Source: an uncultured Planctomycetota bacterium
Lineage (GTDB): Bacteria; Planctomycetota; Planctomycetia; Isosphaerales; Isosphaeraceae
Direction of reading: 5' to 3'
Assembly: GCA_963823665.1 (NCBI GenBank)
Contig: CAWGMQ010000005.1
Location: 1,056,001-1,120,000, forward strand
Length of the DNA stretch: 64,000 bases
Under the pieces are notes generated by a model, which saw nothing but the letters and a program-made list of their open reading frames with translations, ran no database searches and was not told where the DNA came from. Made by a program: the position numbers and the translations under genes. Position 1 is the stretch's first letter. Every line of letters starts with the position of its first letter. This document shows, piece by piece, positions 21,364-33,109 of the stretch.

Positions 21364-23292
21364 TCAGTCGAGGATCAGCTTGGCGTAGGCGTACATGCCG
21401 GGCTTGAGCTTGCCGTCGAGGTTGGGCAAGTCGATTTCGACGCGGAGCGCGCGGGGCTTGACCGTTTGCGTCCAAGAGGTGCGCGTGATGCTGGCGGGAA
21501 TCGGTTCGTCGCGATAGGCTTTGACGAGCACGGTTGCTTTCGTGCCGATGTGCACGTCATTTGCGTCGTGCTCCCGGATCTCGGCAAACACCCGGACCGT
21601 GTCGATGCGATCGATGATGTAAACTGGGGCCGTGGTGCGCGGCGACGTGCGGGGAACGCCGATGACGGCTGGAGGAACGCCCGACTTGGGGTGGACGAAC
21701 TCGCCGGTCGCGGCCTTGCGAGCGACGATCAGGCCGTCGCAGGGGGCGGTGATGGTGAAGCAGCTCGCCCAGGCCGAGATCCGCTTCTGCTCGCTCTCCG
21801 CGACGGCCAAGGCGGCGGCGGCGACCGCGACGTCGACCCTGGATCTTGCGAGTGTTGCCCGATACGCGAGCAGCTCGCCTTCCGCCTTGTGAATGGCCGC
21901 TCTGGCCACGTCGGTCGCGGCCGCGCACTCGTCGATTGCCACCCTGGCCGCTGCTTGGGCGGGGGCGTCTGCCTTCAATCGCTTGATCGAATCCAGGAAG
22001 CGCTTGGGGTCGACGACGCGCTCGAGCTGCTCGAGCTCCGATTTCCAGCGGCTCAAGCCGGTTTCGTCTGTGGTGAGGCTCGCCTGGGCCTGGTCAAGGC
22101 GCGCCCGGGCGGCCTTGACGCGGGCATCGGCGGCTTCCACCGTGATACCGGCCGGGCCGATGCGTTCCGATGCGGGCGTCGCAGGCGCGGTCCTCGTCGC
22201 GTGATCGAGAGCCAACGCAGGCGGGAGGAGGGTGCAGAGCACGTCACCCTTCTTCACCTTGGTGCCGATGTCGACCTTCATATTCTCGATATATCCAGTG
22301 ACCGTGGGATAGATCGGGATGCGCTCGAAGCTTTCGATGAAGCAAGGCTGACCGACCTCGCGGACGACGTTCTGGACCGGGGGGTGGATGAGCTTCACGG
22401 TGGGGACGCTGTCGCCAGGATGGGGCTTGGGTTTTTTCTGGACCGCCGCGGCTCCGGCGTGCCAGGCGCAATAGCTGCCGCCGAGGCTGATGCACAACAG
22501 GACCGCTGCGGTTCTGAGCTTGGCGAATAGCATGGAATTCAATACTCCTTGCGCGAGGACGGCGGCGGTCTTGTCGGTCACGAAACCGAGAGCGATGCGG
22601 GTGGTGGACTGGGCAAGCGCGGATGGGACCGCCGCCTGGGCCTGCCCGGCTGCTCCGGCGACAAGGACGGCGGCCGGTGCCGTCACGCCGCGGCGGGTGA
22701 GCCGCTGGCGCAAGTGCTGTCGCGCTCGGGCGAGCCGGCCGCGGATCGCCGCGGGCGAGAGCCCGAGCTCTAATGCGACCGCGTCGCAGGTGAGGCCTTG
22801 CAGGTAGCAGAGCACGATGGGGGCGCACAATCGTTCGGGGAGTCCGTGGATTTCCTCGCGGAGGATCTCGCAATCGGGATCGTACTGATCCTGGAGGTAG
22901 CTTTCGGGGCTCCGCTGCGCGGCACGCTGTTCGAGCGAGTGCCGGCGCGCGGCGCTGCGCCTGGCACGAGTCGCCACGCGATGCGCGACGCCGAAGAGCC
23001 AGCATGCGACGGATGCATGCCTGCGAAGGGACCCGGCCCGGTTGGCCAGGATGAGGAAGACGGCCTGGAAGGCGTCCTCCGCGGCGTGCGCGTCGTGAAG
23101 AACGCTCTGGCAGACGCGGAGCACAATCGGCCCGTGCCGGACCACCAGCTCTTCGAAGGCCGCGTCCGCGGCGTCATCGCGCTGGGTGATGAATCGGTCC
23201 ATGAGCTGCGCATCGGACAGCATTCCGACTGCTCCGAAGTTGAACAGCCGGAAGACGTGCCGGTGCGGTCGGTCGGATGGGTTGGCCGCCAT
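21364..23292 (-). CDS. ECF sigma factor fused through a TM helix to an RND/HlyD periplasmic adaptor domain
   Basis: AEDAFQA.F, WL.GVA.R, LP......LCY..G, RL.RAR; then G.I....VDIG..VKKGD.L, coiled coil, I.AP.DG, LKPGMYA. Confidence 0.85.
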   Translation of the reverse strand: MAANPSDRPHRHVFRLFNFGAVGMLSDAQLMDRFITQRDDAADAAFEELVVRHGPIVLRVCQSVLHDAHAAEDAFQAVFLILANRAGSLRRHASVACWLFGVAHRVATRARRSAARRHSLEQRAAQRSPESYLQDQYDPDCEILREEIHGLPERLCAPIVLCYLQGLTCDAVALELGLSPAAIRGRLARARQHLRQRLTRRGVTAPAAVLVAGAAGQAQAAVPSALAQSTTRIALGFVTDKTAAVLAQGVLNSMLFAKLRTAAVLLCISLGGSYCAWHAGAAAVQKKPKPHPGDSVPTVKLIHPPVQNVVREVGQPCFIESFERIPIYPTVTGYIENMKVDIGTKVKKGDVLCTLLPPALALDHATRTAPATPASERIGPAGITVEAADARVKAARARLDQAQASLTTDETGLSRWKSELEQLERVVDPKRFLDSIKRLKADAPAQAAARVAIDECAAATDVARAAIHKAEGELLAYRATLARSRVDVAVAAAALAVAESEQKRISAWASCFTITAPCDGLIVARKAATGEFVHPKSGVPPAVIGVPRTSPRTTAPVYIIDRIDTVRVFAEIREHDANDVHIGTKATVLVKAYRDEPIPASITRTSWTQTVKPRALRVEIDLPNLDGKLKPGMYAYAKLILD

Positions 23293-23574
23293 TTCTTTCG
23301 ATCTCCCGGATTGCTGGTCTCCTTATAGTAGTACCCGCTGAGCAGAGGTTGCTCACGAAGGTTTTTTGAGAAGCAGCGGGTCGCCTCAGGGGGATTCCAG
23401 GAATTCCAGGGGCTGGAAGAATTCCTGGGGCCGGAAGATTTGCAGGGGCTGGAAGCCCCGGGGTATTGACCTTCGCCCACTTCGGGGCGAGTGGAGTTCT
23501 TGGGAGGAGGCTATCCCAGGGGCTCGAAGCCCCTGGCTATTGACCGGTGCCCCGGTTGGGGCGAGTCAGTAAGC

Positions 23575-24165
23575 TTATGGTTTGGTCCGCGTGTACTTTG
23601 TTTCGACGGCTTTTGCTTCCTGGCCGCTCGGCAGCACGTTGTAGGCTGTGATCGTGAGATGATCTTCGTCGATGAGCTCAAGTACGGTGTTCCAACCCCA
23701 GGGTGGAGTGTTCGGGGCGGTCGCGTATTTTCCTTTCACCACGAAACCCCGCGGTGTTGCCTCGCCCTCCGAGAACAAGATCGCAGTATCCATGTGAAAG
23801 TCGTCCATCCACGAGACCTGGTAACGCTTCGTGATCGAATTGAATGCGATCGTCTCCTCTCCGTGGCGCGGTTTGCCCTGCATCGAACCCTCGTACTCGT
23901 GACGGAAAAGCCTCGCGCCCAAGAGTGCGTGAAACTTGCCTTTCACCTTTGACTCATCAGCCAGCTTGCCGGGTTCAAACCATGTCTGGCACGTGCCCTC
24001 CCATGAACCGACCAGTGAATTCAGGAGCTGTCTTGGCGTGGTTTTCTTGCCTTGAGCTGGGATGGGGGAGGCCTTGTCTTTGGAGGGGGAATCTTGCGCC
24101 GGGGTCGCCGCTGGCGGCGCAACGAGCAACGACATCATGAACAGAGGCACGTGAATCGGCTTCAT
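23575..24165 (-). CDS. DUF1579 family exported protein
   Basis: Signal peptide; L.G.W.G...W, W.D.FH, E.KAVE..YTR. Confidence 0.75.
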   Translation of the reverse strand: MKPIHVPLFMMSLLVAPPAATPAQDSPSKDKASPIPAQGKKTTPRQLLNSLVGSWEGTCQTWFEPGKLADESKVKGKFHALLGARLFRHEYEGSMQGKPRHGEETIAFNSITKRYQVSWMDDFHMDTAILFSEGEATPRGFVVKGKYATAPNTPPWGWNTVLELIDEDHLTITAYNVLPSGQEAKAVETKYTRTKP

Positions 24166-25412
24166 GGGTTGTTCCTTATCCTCAGATTGATCCCAAGACG
24201 CATTTCAGTAGACGCGAGCCGAGGATGACGCTCAAGCACCATTTTGGCTTTTGGATTGATGCTCTGGGCGGCGCGGTCGACGATTGCGAGGAGGCACGCG
24301 ACACACTCGTGAAGGCATGTGCGGACGGGGTCGCGCGGACCTCGTGCGGAGGTATGCTCAGGGCGCGCGCATACAGAATGAATATTCTTCGCTAATCGAA
24401 CTCATCGCTGTAAGCCGGAATCTTTCTGGAAATTTCCCGGTCGATAGCCAGTCGAATCGGCAAAGTCGTCGCATATTCTACATGAGGGAGTGCGCGGCGT
24501 GGTCGCGTCTTGCAGGCGGCGGGAACCGGCTCATGGCACCACACGCGTTTTGGAGGCAGATCCGAAGCCTGGAGGAATTCATTCATGACCGACGGAAGTT
24601 TTCCAGGGGCTCGAACGAGTTCTCAGAGCGGCGTGTTTACACTGGTGTACAAATGCTGGAAGAGCTCGAGGATGCGCCACTTTGCGCCACTTTGCGCCAC
24701 TCTTTCGAGGGGTGCGGCGGTGGAGTTGTTGCGACGCAAGTTCAATGGAAATCATCGAATAGGAGGACGGTCTGGCGATCTTCGGCGATGGAAAAACCTC
24801 GTGGCGCGGGTGCCCCACGAGCGCCACGACAAATCGCTGGTGTTGTTCACTAAGCTTTGGCCGTTTTTTTCAGGGCACTGGAAGCGAGATCTGCGCTGCC
24901 TGGGCGTGCGGTGGGCTGATGAAAAGCGGACCGTACTGGAGTGCTCAGCCGCGCTCGGGTTGCGCGGACTCCTCTTCGCGACGTCGGGTTCATTGGTGAA
25001 CCCGCGGACCGGCCCGATTGATCGCCGGCGAGAGCGAGCGACTTGAATGGCTGCCTTTGATCGCAACGGTTCTCTTTACCACATCAAAGTTACATATCGT
25101 GCGCCATTGCTGTGTTCAATCTGGTAACGCTTTTACACATGTTCGCGATGCGTCGCCATTTTTCGGGTCGGGGAGGGTTCTTCCTAGCGGTGCCGCGGGA
25201 ACGAGAAAGACCCTTCGCGGAGCGAAGGGCGACCATTCGAAACGTGGGGATGGAGATTTTCCCGTGCGTGTTCACGGTTGGGAAATGCCTCGTTCGTGTT
25301 TCGACGACGCGAAGCGTGGGAACGAGACGGCGTTGGTGCGGGCTGAGCGGCATCATCGGGGGGGAGGGGAGATTTTTTTTGAAAATGTGATCACTGAGGC
25401 TGAAAGCCTGAC

Positions 25413-26495
25413 CTACGTGAAGTCACCGTATCCGGAGTCTTTCAGGCTTTCGACCAGGGACTTGAGTTTGTCGAGTTGGTCTTTTCTGGCGACGAGTGTG
25501 GCCTTGCCGGAGTGGACGATGACCAGGTTGTCGACGCCCAGGGTGGCTATCAGGCCGCCGTCATCGGAGATGATGATCGAGCCTGTGGTGTCGCGCGTGA
25601 GGACCGAGCCCTGGGTGGCGTTGCCGGAGGGGTCTGGCTCGAGGAGGGTGGCGACGGCACGCCAGTCGCCGACGTCGTTCCAGCGATATGGGACCTCGAG
25701 CACGCGCACGCGCAGGGCGTGTTCCATCACGGCCTTGTCGATCGGTACTCGTTCGAGAGATGGGAAATGGCGTGCGAGGACTTCGGCCTCTTGCGAGGTG
25801 CCCAGCGCTTGAAAGATCGGCTCAAGAGCCAGAGCGAGGTTGGGGCGGTGGGTTTTCAGCTCGTCGAGGATGGTTTGCGCGCGCCAGACGAAGATGCCGG
25901 CGTTCCAGGCGAAGGTGCCAGCGGCGAGGAATGCTTCGGCGGTGGCACGGTCGGGTTTTTCGCGGAATTGAATTACTTCGTAGACGGGGATTCCGCCGCG
26001 GGTTGTTTCCAGCAACGCACCGCGCTCGATGTAGCCGTAACCGGTCTCGGGGTGAGTGGGTTTGATGCCGAAGGTGATGAGGGCGGCGGGATCTTGATCG
26101 ATGACCGAGACTGCGGCCTCGACGGTTGCGCGGAAGGCTTCAGGAGGTTCGATCACGTGATCGGCGGGCATGACGATCATCGTGGCTTTTTCGTCGCGGC
26201 CGCGGATGATGCCGGCGGCCAGGGCGACGCAGGGGGCGGTGTCGCGCGGGGCGGGCTCGGCGATGATGTTTTGTGCGGGCAGGCCCGGGAGCTGCGATCG
26301 CGTTGCGTCGGCCTGGTCGGCACCGGTGACGATCAGGGTGCGCTCCGGGGGCACGAGGGGCTCGATGCGCGCGACGGTCTGCTGAATCATCGTGGCGTCG
26401 CCGTAGAGGCGCAGAAGCTGCTTGGGGCGGTCGCGGCGGCTCTTGGGCCAGAAGCGTGTGCCGCTGCCGCCAGCCATGATCACTGCGTATAACAC
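25413..26495 (-). CDS. manC: Mannose-1-phosphate guanylyltransferase
   Basis: AVIMAGGSGTRFWP.SR...PKQ, EP..RDTAP, PADH, ETGYGYI, F.EKP, WNDVG.W. Confidence 0.93.
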   Translation of the reverse strand: MLYAVIMAGGSGTRFWPKSRRDRPKQLLRLYGDATMIQQTVARIEPLVPPERTLIVTGADQADATRSQLPGLPAQNIIAEPAPRDTAPCVALAAGIIRGRDEKATMIVMPADHVIEPPEAFRATVEAAVSVIDQDPAALITFGIKPTHPETGYGYIERGALLETTRGGIPVYEVIQFREKPDRATAEAFLAAGTFAWNAGIFVWRAQTILDELKTHRPNLALALEPIFQALGTSQEAEVLARHFPSLERVPIDKAVMEHALRVRVLEVPYRWNDVGDWRAVATLLEPDPSGNATQGSVLTRDTTGSIIISDDGGLIATLGVDNLVIVHSGKATLVARKDQLDKLKSLVESLKDSGYGDFT

Positions 26496-26722
26496 TCGAA
26501 TGCACCCCCCCTGGCCCCCCCTTCTCAAGGGGGGGAAATTGGAATGGCTATGACGTCAACGGAGAAAGATCGGGCGCTTGATGACCATGCCGGGTTCGAT
26601 GATCACTGCGTGCAACACTCGAATGCACCCCCCTGGCCCCCCCTTCTCAAGGGGGGGAGATTGGAATGGCTATCACGTCAACGGAGAAAGATCGGGCGCT
26701 CGATGACCATGCCGGGTTCGAT
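26476..26722. repeat. Tandem duplication (~122 bp) of the intergenic junction including both gene ends and a REP
   Basis: 26476-26600 matches 26599-26722. Confidence 0.9.
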
Positions 26723-28117
26723 TTTCGATTTGAGCTCGTTGGCGTCGAGGGCGAAGAGCGGGCTGATCTCGATGCCGAAGGGGACGGAGCCGTCGGGGCG
26801 GCGTGGGACGACGGCGCCGGCCTGCTCGAGCCAGTTGCCGAACTGGTCGCTCATGCGCTGGTGGACGGTGGCGGGCGAGTCGGGGCCGACGGCGTTCTTG
26901 AGGGGCTCGAATTCGCCGGAGCGATCGGTCTCGACTATCGTCCAACGGCTGGCCAGAGGGAGTGCATCGAAGATGAACTGCTCGAGCTTGACGGCGTTGG
27001 GCTCGTCCGGTTTTTTGAGCACACCGTCTTCGCCCAGGTAAGGGACCTTCTTCACGGCACGATGGAAGGGGAGCTGGTGATCGGTGGCGAGGCGCTCGAT
27101 GAACGAACGGTCAAGAATATGAACCGCGATGCTGCCGGCCCAGAGCTCGAGTGCACCTTCGGGCACACGGCGGCTGGCGAGCTCGGGCGGGAGGTCGGAG
27201 TATTCGATAACCTGCGGGCGGCCATTGACCGAGACGACCGCGCCCAGCTTTTCATCGGGCGTGAGGCGCTCGACGACCTTGAACGAGATATCGGCGGCGG
27301 CTTCAAGGTGCAAGCCGATGAACGCCGGTTCGGCGATACGGACCAAAGGATTATCGACTTGAAAATAATAGAGTGTTTTTACACGCTGGTCGCGCATTTC
27401 TTCCAGAGGGCTCGGGTGGCCGGGCTCGGTGCGGGCGGCCAGCGCGGTGATGGTGCCTCCATGCCCGTCGGGGGAAAGGGCGATCCGGTCCTTGCCGGCG
27501 AGGAGGATCTTGCCGGTGGATCGATCGAGGGCGGGCATCTGGCCCTGGGTGAAGAAGCGGAGCTTCTCGAGGCCGAAGCGATCGTGTTGGTCGAAGAAGG
27601 CGATGGTGGCCGCGTGGTTTTCGGGGCTGGTCATGATGAAGAGGGGAATGGCTCTTCCGAAGCGTTTGCCCAGGGCGACGATCTTCTCGGCGTGAATCTG
27701 GAACAGGCTGGCGGAGGAGACGGGACCGATGGGAAAGGTTCCCTTGGGGCCTTCGAAGCCGAGGCGCGTGCCCGAGCCGCCGGCGACCAGGATGACCCCG
27801 ACCTCGCCGGCGGCCAGGGCGTCGGCACCGGTTCCGGCGGAGCGGAGCCGGAGCATGCGCTCGCCATCGGTCTGGGGAAGGCGCATGACCTCCACGGGCG
27901 CGACCTGGTCGGGCGTGGCGGCGGCGGCGGCTGTGGCCGCGACGGGGTTCTTGAGCACGAGCTCGGCGATCAAGCGGTCGAGGCGATCGAAATCGATCGC
28001 GGCGATCTCGGCCGCCAGATGGGCACGACAGGGGGCATCGAGCTCAGGCCACCAGCGCAGAAGGTGGGTCTGTCCATGACGCTCGAGGCGCTCGAGCAAG
28101 ACCGGGTCGGGAGACAT
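26678..28117 (-). CDS. UDPGP-family UDP-N-acetylglucosamine pyrophosphorylase (UAP1-like)
   Basis: AGG.GTRLG..GPKG, SPDGHGG, QVDNPL, IEYS, KLE.FIFD, EF.PLKNA. Confidence 0.9.
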   Translation of the reverse strand: MSPDPVLLERLERHGQTHLLRWWPELDAPCRAHLAAEIAAIDFDRLDRLIAELVLKNPVAATAAAAATPDQVAPVEVMRLPQTDGERMLRLRSAGTGADALAAGEVGVILVAGGSGTRLGFEGPKGTFPIGPVSSASLFQIHAEKIVALGKRFGRAIPLFIMTSPENHAATIAFFDQHDRFGLEKLRFFTQGQMPALDRSTGKILLAGKDRIALSPDGHGGTITALAARTEPGHPSPLEEMRDQRVKTLYYFQVDNPLVRIAEPAFIGLHLEAAADISFKVVERLTPDEKLGAVVSVNGRPQVIEYSDLPPELASRRVPEGALELWAGSIAVHILDRSFIERLATDHQLPFHRAVKKVPYLGEDGVLKKPDEPNAVKLEQFIFDALPLASRWTIVETDRSGEFEPLKNAVGPDSPATVHQRMSDQFGNWLEQAGAVVPRRPDGSVPFGIEISPLFALDANELKSKIEPGMVIERPIFLR

Positions 28118-28192
28118 CGCGTACCATACTCCTCGCAAGAAAAGCAACTCGTGGGGATTGATTGCCCGAAGTCCTCCGTCTCGGTGACGGGT

Positions 28193-29008
28193 TCAGAAAG
28201 TCAGTTGCAGCCCATCATAGGCGAGGGCTACCTGCGGCGGCAGGGCAGCCTGAGTGGGCCCGTGATCGAAGCTGTGCGAAAGGTGGGTCAAGTAGGTGCG
28301 ACCCGGCTGCAGCGATTCGATGAGCGCGAGTGCCTGGCTCAAGGACATGTGGGTCGGATGCGGCTCGTAGCGCAATGCGTCCAGGATCAGCACGTCGAGG
28401 CCCTCGAGATGCGGCAGGCTCTCGTCGGGAACGCGGCTGACGTCCGTGCAGTAGGCCAACGAGCCGATGCGAAAGCCCAGCACCGGGGATGGTCCATGTT
28501 CGAGGCGGAGCGGCACGACTTGCTCGCCCAGGACTTCGAACGGCTTGCCCGGCTCGATCGTGACGAACGTGAGCCGTGGGACGAAACCCGGCGGGTCGTT
28601 TTCGGTGCCGGGGCGAAATGCGTAACTAAAGACGCGCCGGATCGTCTGCTCGGTGTCGAGTTCGCAATAGATGGGAACGGGGCCGCCAATCCAGCGCGGA
28701 AAGAGCCTGGCGTCATCGAGCCCGAAGAGGTGGTCGGCATGCGAGTGCGTGAAGGCGATGGCATGGACCAGGCGCACGCGTTCGCGCAGAAGCTGGACGC
28801 GCATTTCGGGAGTGGTGTCGACGAGCAGGTTGCCGCCGGGGAAGGACAAGAGCACGCTGGGCCGAGTGCGCTGGTTCCGGGGGTCGCTCGAGGTGCATAC
28901 GTGGCAATCGCAGCCGATCATGGGTACGCCGGTCGAGGTGCCGGTGCCCAGGAAGGTCAATCGCCGGGTCCCTGGCGGTTCGGTCTCAGTCAAACGTTTC
29001 GCCCTCAA
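28193..29008 (-). CDS. MBL-fold metallo-hydrolase, PhnP/YcfH-associated family
   Basis: LGTGTSTGVP..GC.C..C, THSHADH..GLDD, YCTD, THLSH, AYDG. Confidence 0.9.
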   Translation of the reverse strand: MRAKRLTETEPPGTRRLTFLGTGTSTGVPMIGCDCHVCTSSDPRNQRTRPSVLLSFPGGNLLVDTTPEMRVQLLRERVRLVHAIAFTHSHADHLFGLDDARLFPRWIGGPVPIYCELDTEQTIRRVFSYAFRPGTENDPPGFVPRLTFVTIEPGKPFEVLGEQVVPLRLEHGPSPVLGFRIGSLAYCTDVSRVPDESLPHLEGLDVLILDALRYEPHPTHMSLSQALALIESLQPGRTYLTHLSHSFDHGPTQAALPPQVALAYDGLQLTF

Positions 29009-29557
29009 CTGGTCGTCGTCGTCGTGATCTCATGTTTGCGGCTGCTGGGATCCGGCAGATGGCGCCTGGGAGAAGGCGATTTTCGCGTATATCTCCCGCA
29101 GCGGGACGTTGCAGTCGATCGATGCGAGCTGCAGGGTGTCGTCGATGTTTCGCAAGCTAGTCGAGTGCCAATTGTCGCCTTCGCGGAGAAATCGTTCCAC
29201 GAGAACTTTGTCCTGGGCGACCGATTTTGTACTCAGCGAGGCGCTCGAGCGCGAGATATTCTTCGGGGGTGTAGCGCAGTTTCAGCGCGGGCGATGCCAT
29301 GCTGGGCTCCGCAGTGTTCGTTGTCGCAGTCATCTCATTATCTTACGACATTGTCGCGGGCCAATGCGAATGGGATTTGGTCTTTCATGGTGATGACAGC
29401 AGACGGAATGCACCCCCCCTGGCCCCCCCTTCTTACGGGGGGGAAAGGGAGCGCGGCGAACGCTGGGGGAAGACGCGGAGCGTCGGAACGAGGAAACATT
29501 GTGGCTCAGCGGGAGCTTCGCCATTTCTGTGTCGGGCGCGGGGAATTCAATTGCTTT

Positions 29558-32500
29558 TCAAGGCGCCTTGTTCGCGCCGGTCTCGGCGGCGGGGAGCGGG
29601 ACCTGTGCAGGGCTGGCGAGATAAGATACGAGCGCGCGAATCTCGAACTCGGAGAGGGGTTTCCAGAGGTCCTCGGGCATCATCGACTGTTCGCTGGTGC
29701 GTCTGGCCTCGATCTCGTTTTTGGGGAGAGTGATGGTTTCGTTGGCGGTGGCGAGGGTGATCGAATCTTTGTCTTCGGCGCGGACGATTCCCGTGAGCAC
29801 GCGGCCGTCGGTGGTGGCGATCACGTGCGCTTGATAGTCCTTGCCGATCAAGGCACTCGGGTCGAGGACGTTGGAGAGCAGATAGTCGAGGTCTGCCCGG
29901 TTCGAGCCGGTCAAATCTGGTCCAACCTGGCCGCCGGTGCCAAAGAGGGTGTGGCACTGCTGACAGATCCTGGCGTAGACGGCACGGCCGAAGAATCGGT
30001 CTGGAGGCTGGCGATGCTTTGCGGTGAGCATCGCCTTGGCCTGGGCGATCGCCAGGGCGCGGTCGCCGGACGTTTCGCGGACGGTGCCCCAAACGCGGGC
30101 GAGCTGTGCGGTCAAGCCGGCGTCCTTGAGGTTGCGAATCTGTCGTGCGAACTCGGCCGTCAGGTCTGCTCGCGGGATTTTTCCGGTCTCGACGGCGGCG
30201 AGCAGGGCTCGACACGAGGTTTTGCGGCCGGCGAGGGTGCTCAGGACGTCGCGGCGTTCGGGTGGTCCAAGCGAGCGATAGGCCTCGATCAGGATCTCGG
30301 GCGTGGCCGGGTCGTCATAAGCGGCAAGCCCGCGCACGGCCGGGCCGCCGAGCTGGGGGTGACGAATGAGGCTATGTAGAACACCGACCAAGCCAGGGTC
30401 TTTCACCTTGAGCAGGGCCGTCAGGGCCTGGCGGCGAGCGTCGGGACCGGCGGTCGAGTCGACGAGCAGGCGTTTCAGTGAGTCTCGCGCGGCTGCGTCG
30501 CCGAAGTTCACGCCGAGGGCGACTGCTCGCGAGCGAACGTTTGCGTCGGGGTCGGAGGCGAGGGTGCTGAACACGGCGGGCCATGCGGCGGGCATCGCCA
30601 CCTGGCGGCGACCGCGGAGCGCTTCCTCGATTCCAGTCAAGAGGGTGAGCCGACGGGCCGAGCCGGCGGCGCGGCCAAGCTCGCCCACGAGGAGCGCGAG
30701 CGACTCGGGCGTTCCGAGCGCGGCGATGCGGCGAGCCATGAATTCCTGGATCCGTGAAAGCGGCGAGCTTGCCGCCAGGGCGGCGGCTCGCGGCGCATCG
30801 ACGGCCGCCAGAGGCTCGGCGGCATACCAGTACATGAGCGGTAAATTGTGATCAGAGGCATCTTCACCGTGAGCGACCAGAGCAGTCAGCGTATCCCAGC
30901 GCTTTTCGGGCGGCAGACGAAGGAGCGCCGAAGCCAGGTAGAGACGGACCATCGGCGAAGGATCTGTGCGCGCAAATCGGTAAACCTCGCCAGGATGGGA
31001 TCTGGCGGAGTCCCCTGCTCCGTCGCGAACTGGATGGTCCAGGCGCGGATCACGGGGTCCGGGTCAGTGAGAGCTTGCTCGATCGCGGCGGGATCACTCA
31101 AGCCGTTAACGGCACGCTGAGCGAGCAGGGCGCGGAGTGCGATGGAGGTGTTCGCACCGTTCTTCTTCCTCAGATCGAGGAGCAACTCCGCCGCCTCGGC
31201 GTTTGGTCCGCGCTCCTGGAGAATCCGGCGGGCGTGGCGGGCATACCATTCGTTGGGCGAGGTCTGGAGTGCGACGAGCGTCCGGGACTGTTCGCCGGCG
31301 AGATTCACGGGTACGTGCCTGGGCTGGCCGAAGCTGACCTTGAAGATGCGGCCGTTGGTGCGATCGTGGCCGTTCACATCGTTGTGGTGGCACTGGTTCT
31401 TGTCGTACCAGTCGATCATGAAGAGGCTGCCGTCGGGCCCGGTCTTCAAGCTGATGATCTGCGACCAGAGGTCGTTTGCCAGCAGGAAGTCGGGGGCGTG
31501 CGAGCCGACGAAGCCCGAGCCGCTCGGGGCCAGGAGATCGCGATTGAGCCGGGCGCCGTGGATGTTGTTCATGAACAGCGAGCCGTTGTACTCATCGGGC
31601 CAGGCGCCGCCCAGATAGATCATCGCGCCGGAGTGGGCATGGCCGCCGCCGGCGGAATCGGACCGGCCGTTGCCGCCGTGCGGGTTGGCCCCGAGGTAAT
31701 GGCGGTGGTCGGCAATCGTTTTGATATTGCCATAAGTATAAGGATTGAAATGCTGGCCAGCCTGGCGCTCGTAGCGGCCGCCCTGGATCATGTGGTAAAG
31801 ATGGGGGATGACGCAGGCGGTGATGAACATCTGACCGCGCGCGTCGAAGTCGATGCCCCAGGGGTTGCTGGTGCCAAATGCGAAGACCTCGAACTCATGG
31901 CGCACTGGGATGGAAGCGCCAGATGCCGGCGTTAAGCGGAATGCGGTCAGCGGCTTTGGTACCGGGTTTTCCGACCCGGGAGTGGGTGAAGACGCCGTGG
32001 CAACCATAGAGCCAGCCGTCGGGGCCCCAGATGAAGCTGTTGAGCGTTTCGTGCGTATCGTGCTGGCCCCAGCCGTCCAGGAGGACCTGGGGCGGTCCGT
32101 CGGGCTGGTCGTCGCCATTCCTGTCGGGGATGAAATAGAATTCCGGCGCCGCACCGACCCAGACTCCGCCGAAGCCGACTTCGAGGCCGCTCACCAGGTT
32201 CAGGTGATCGGCGAAGACCTTGCGGGAATCGAAGCGGCCGTCGCCGTCGGAGTCTTCGAAGATGAGGATGCGGTCTCGCGCCTGTGCCTGCGGCACTCGT
32301 CGCGGGTAGGAGTAGGCCTCGGCAATCCAGATGCGGCCGCGATCGTCGATTGCCATTCCGATCGGCTGAACGACGTCGGGCTCGCCGGCGAAGAGGGTCA
32401 CCTTGAAGCCCGGCGGCACGGTCATGGCCCGCGCTGCGTCTTCGGGACCCAATCCGGCGTGGGTGTAAGTATCGGGAGCGGCGGGGCGCCGGCGTGGAGG

Positions 32501-33094
32501 AACGGCCGGCTTGGTGTCGTGGAGGCGGAAGTCGTCGAAGTTGATGTGGCCCCAGCCGTCGCTGTCGGAATCGACAAGCCGGATCACGATGTCCTTGCCC
32601 ACGTGGGCAGACAGGTCGACCACGACGCGTTCCAGATCTTCTTGATCGTCGCCGGAGGCCTTGAAGACGACCTGGCCGTTATCGCTTCGGAGGAGCTCGA
32701 TGTAGGTTGTGGGACGCGAGCCGCCGGCGACCATGAAGCTTGCGAACGGCTTCGAGACTCGGAACGGGACGGAGGTGAGCGTACCCTGGGCGGCGTCTCC
32801 GTTGACCTCGAACGATCCGACCCAGAACCGGCCCTGCTGGCGGCTCTTCATGTCGCCGCGACGCCGGCTGACGGTGTCGCCGGAGACCGGCTGGCGCTGG
32901 AACGCGTCACCCTGGGCGGTCCAGTCGGAGAGATCACCGGATTCGAAATCGAGATTGAGCGGCCGGCCTTTCTGGTCGCGGGGCAGAGAACCCTCGCGAC
33001 CCGGCTGCGGCTCGGACGAATCTGCCCGGGCGACAGCCGGCGCGATGGACAGAGCGAGAATAGCGATCCAGTTCAGCGACAACACCCGTCTCAT
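29558..33094 (-). CDS. PVC-type heme-binding CxxCH protein (DUF7133-like propeller, HEAT repeats, cytochrome c), split by two frameshifts
   Basis: Signal peptide; FA.EP....PI....D.RGR.W; GTSNPWG; CQQCH, GPDLTG, SMMPE; breaks near 31907 and 30972. Confidence 0.88.
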
Positions 33095-33109
33095 GAACCT
33101 TCTTCCCGG

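Noticed and set aside
24200..25400. Genes or ncRNA in the 1.2-kb gap
   Set aside because: Only motif-less overlapping ORFs, a short (gcgccacttt)x3 repeat and REP-like hairpins; no tRNA or riboswitch recognised
26666..30379. 1237-aa plus-strand ORF
   Set aside because: Antisense shadow of the UAP, MBL and heme-protein genes in GC-rich DNA; no motifs
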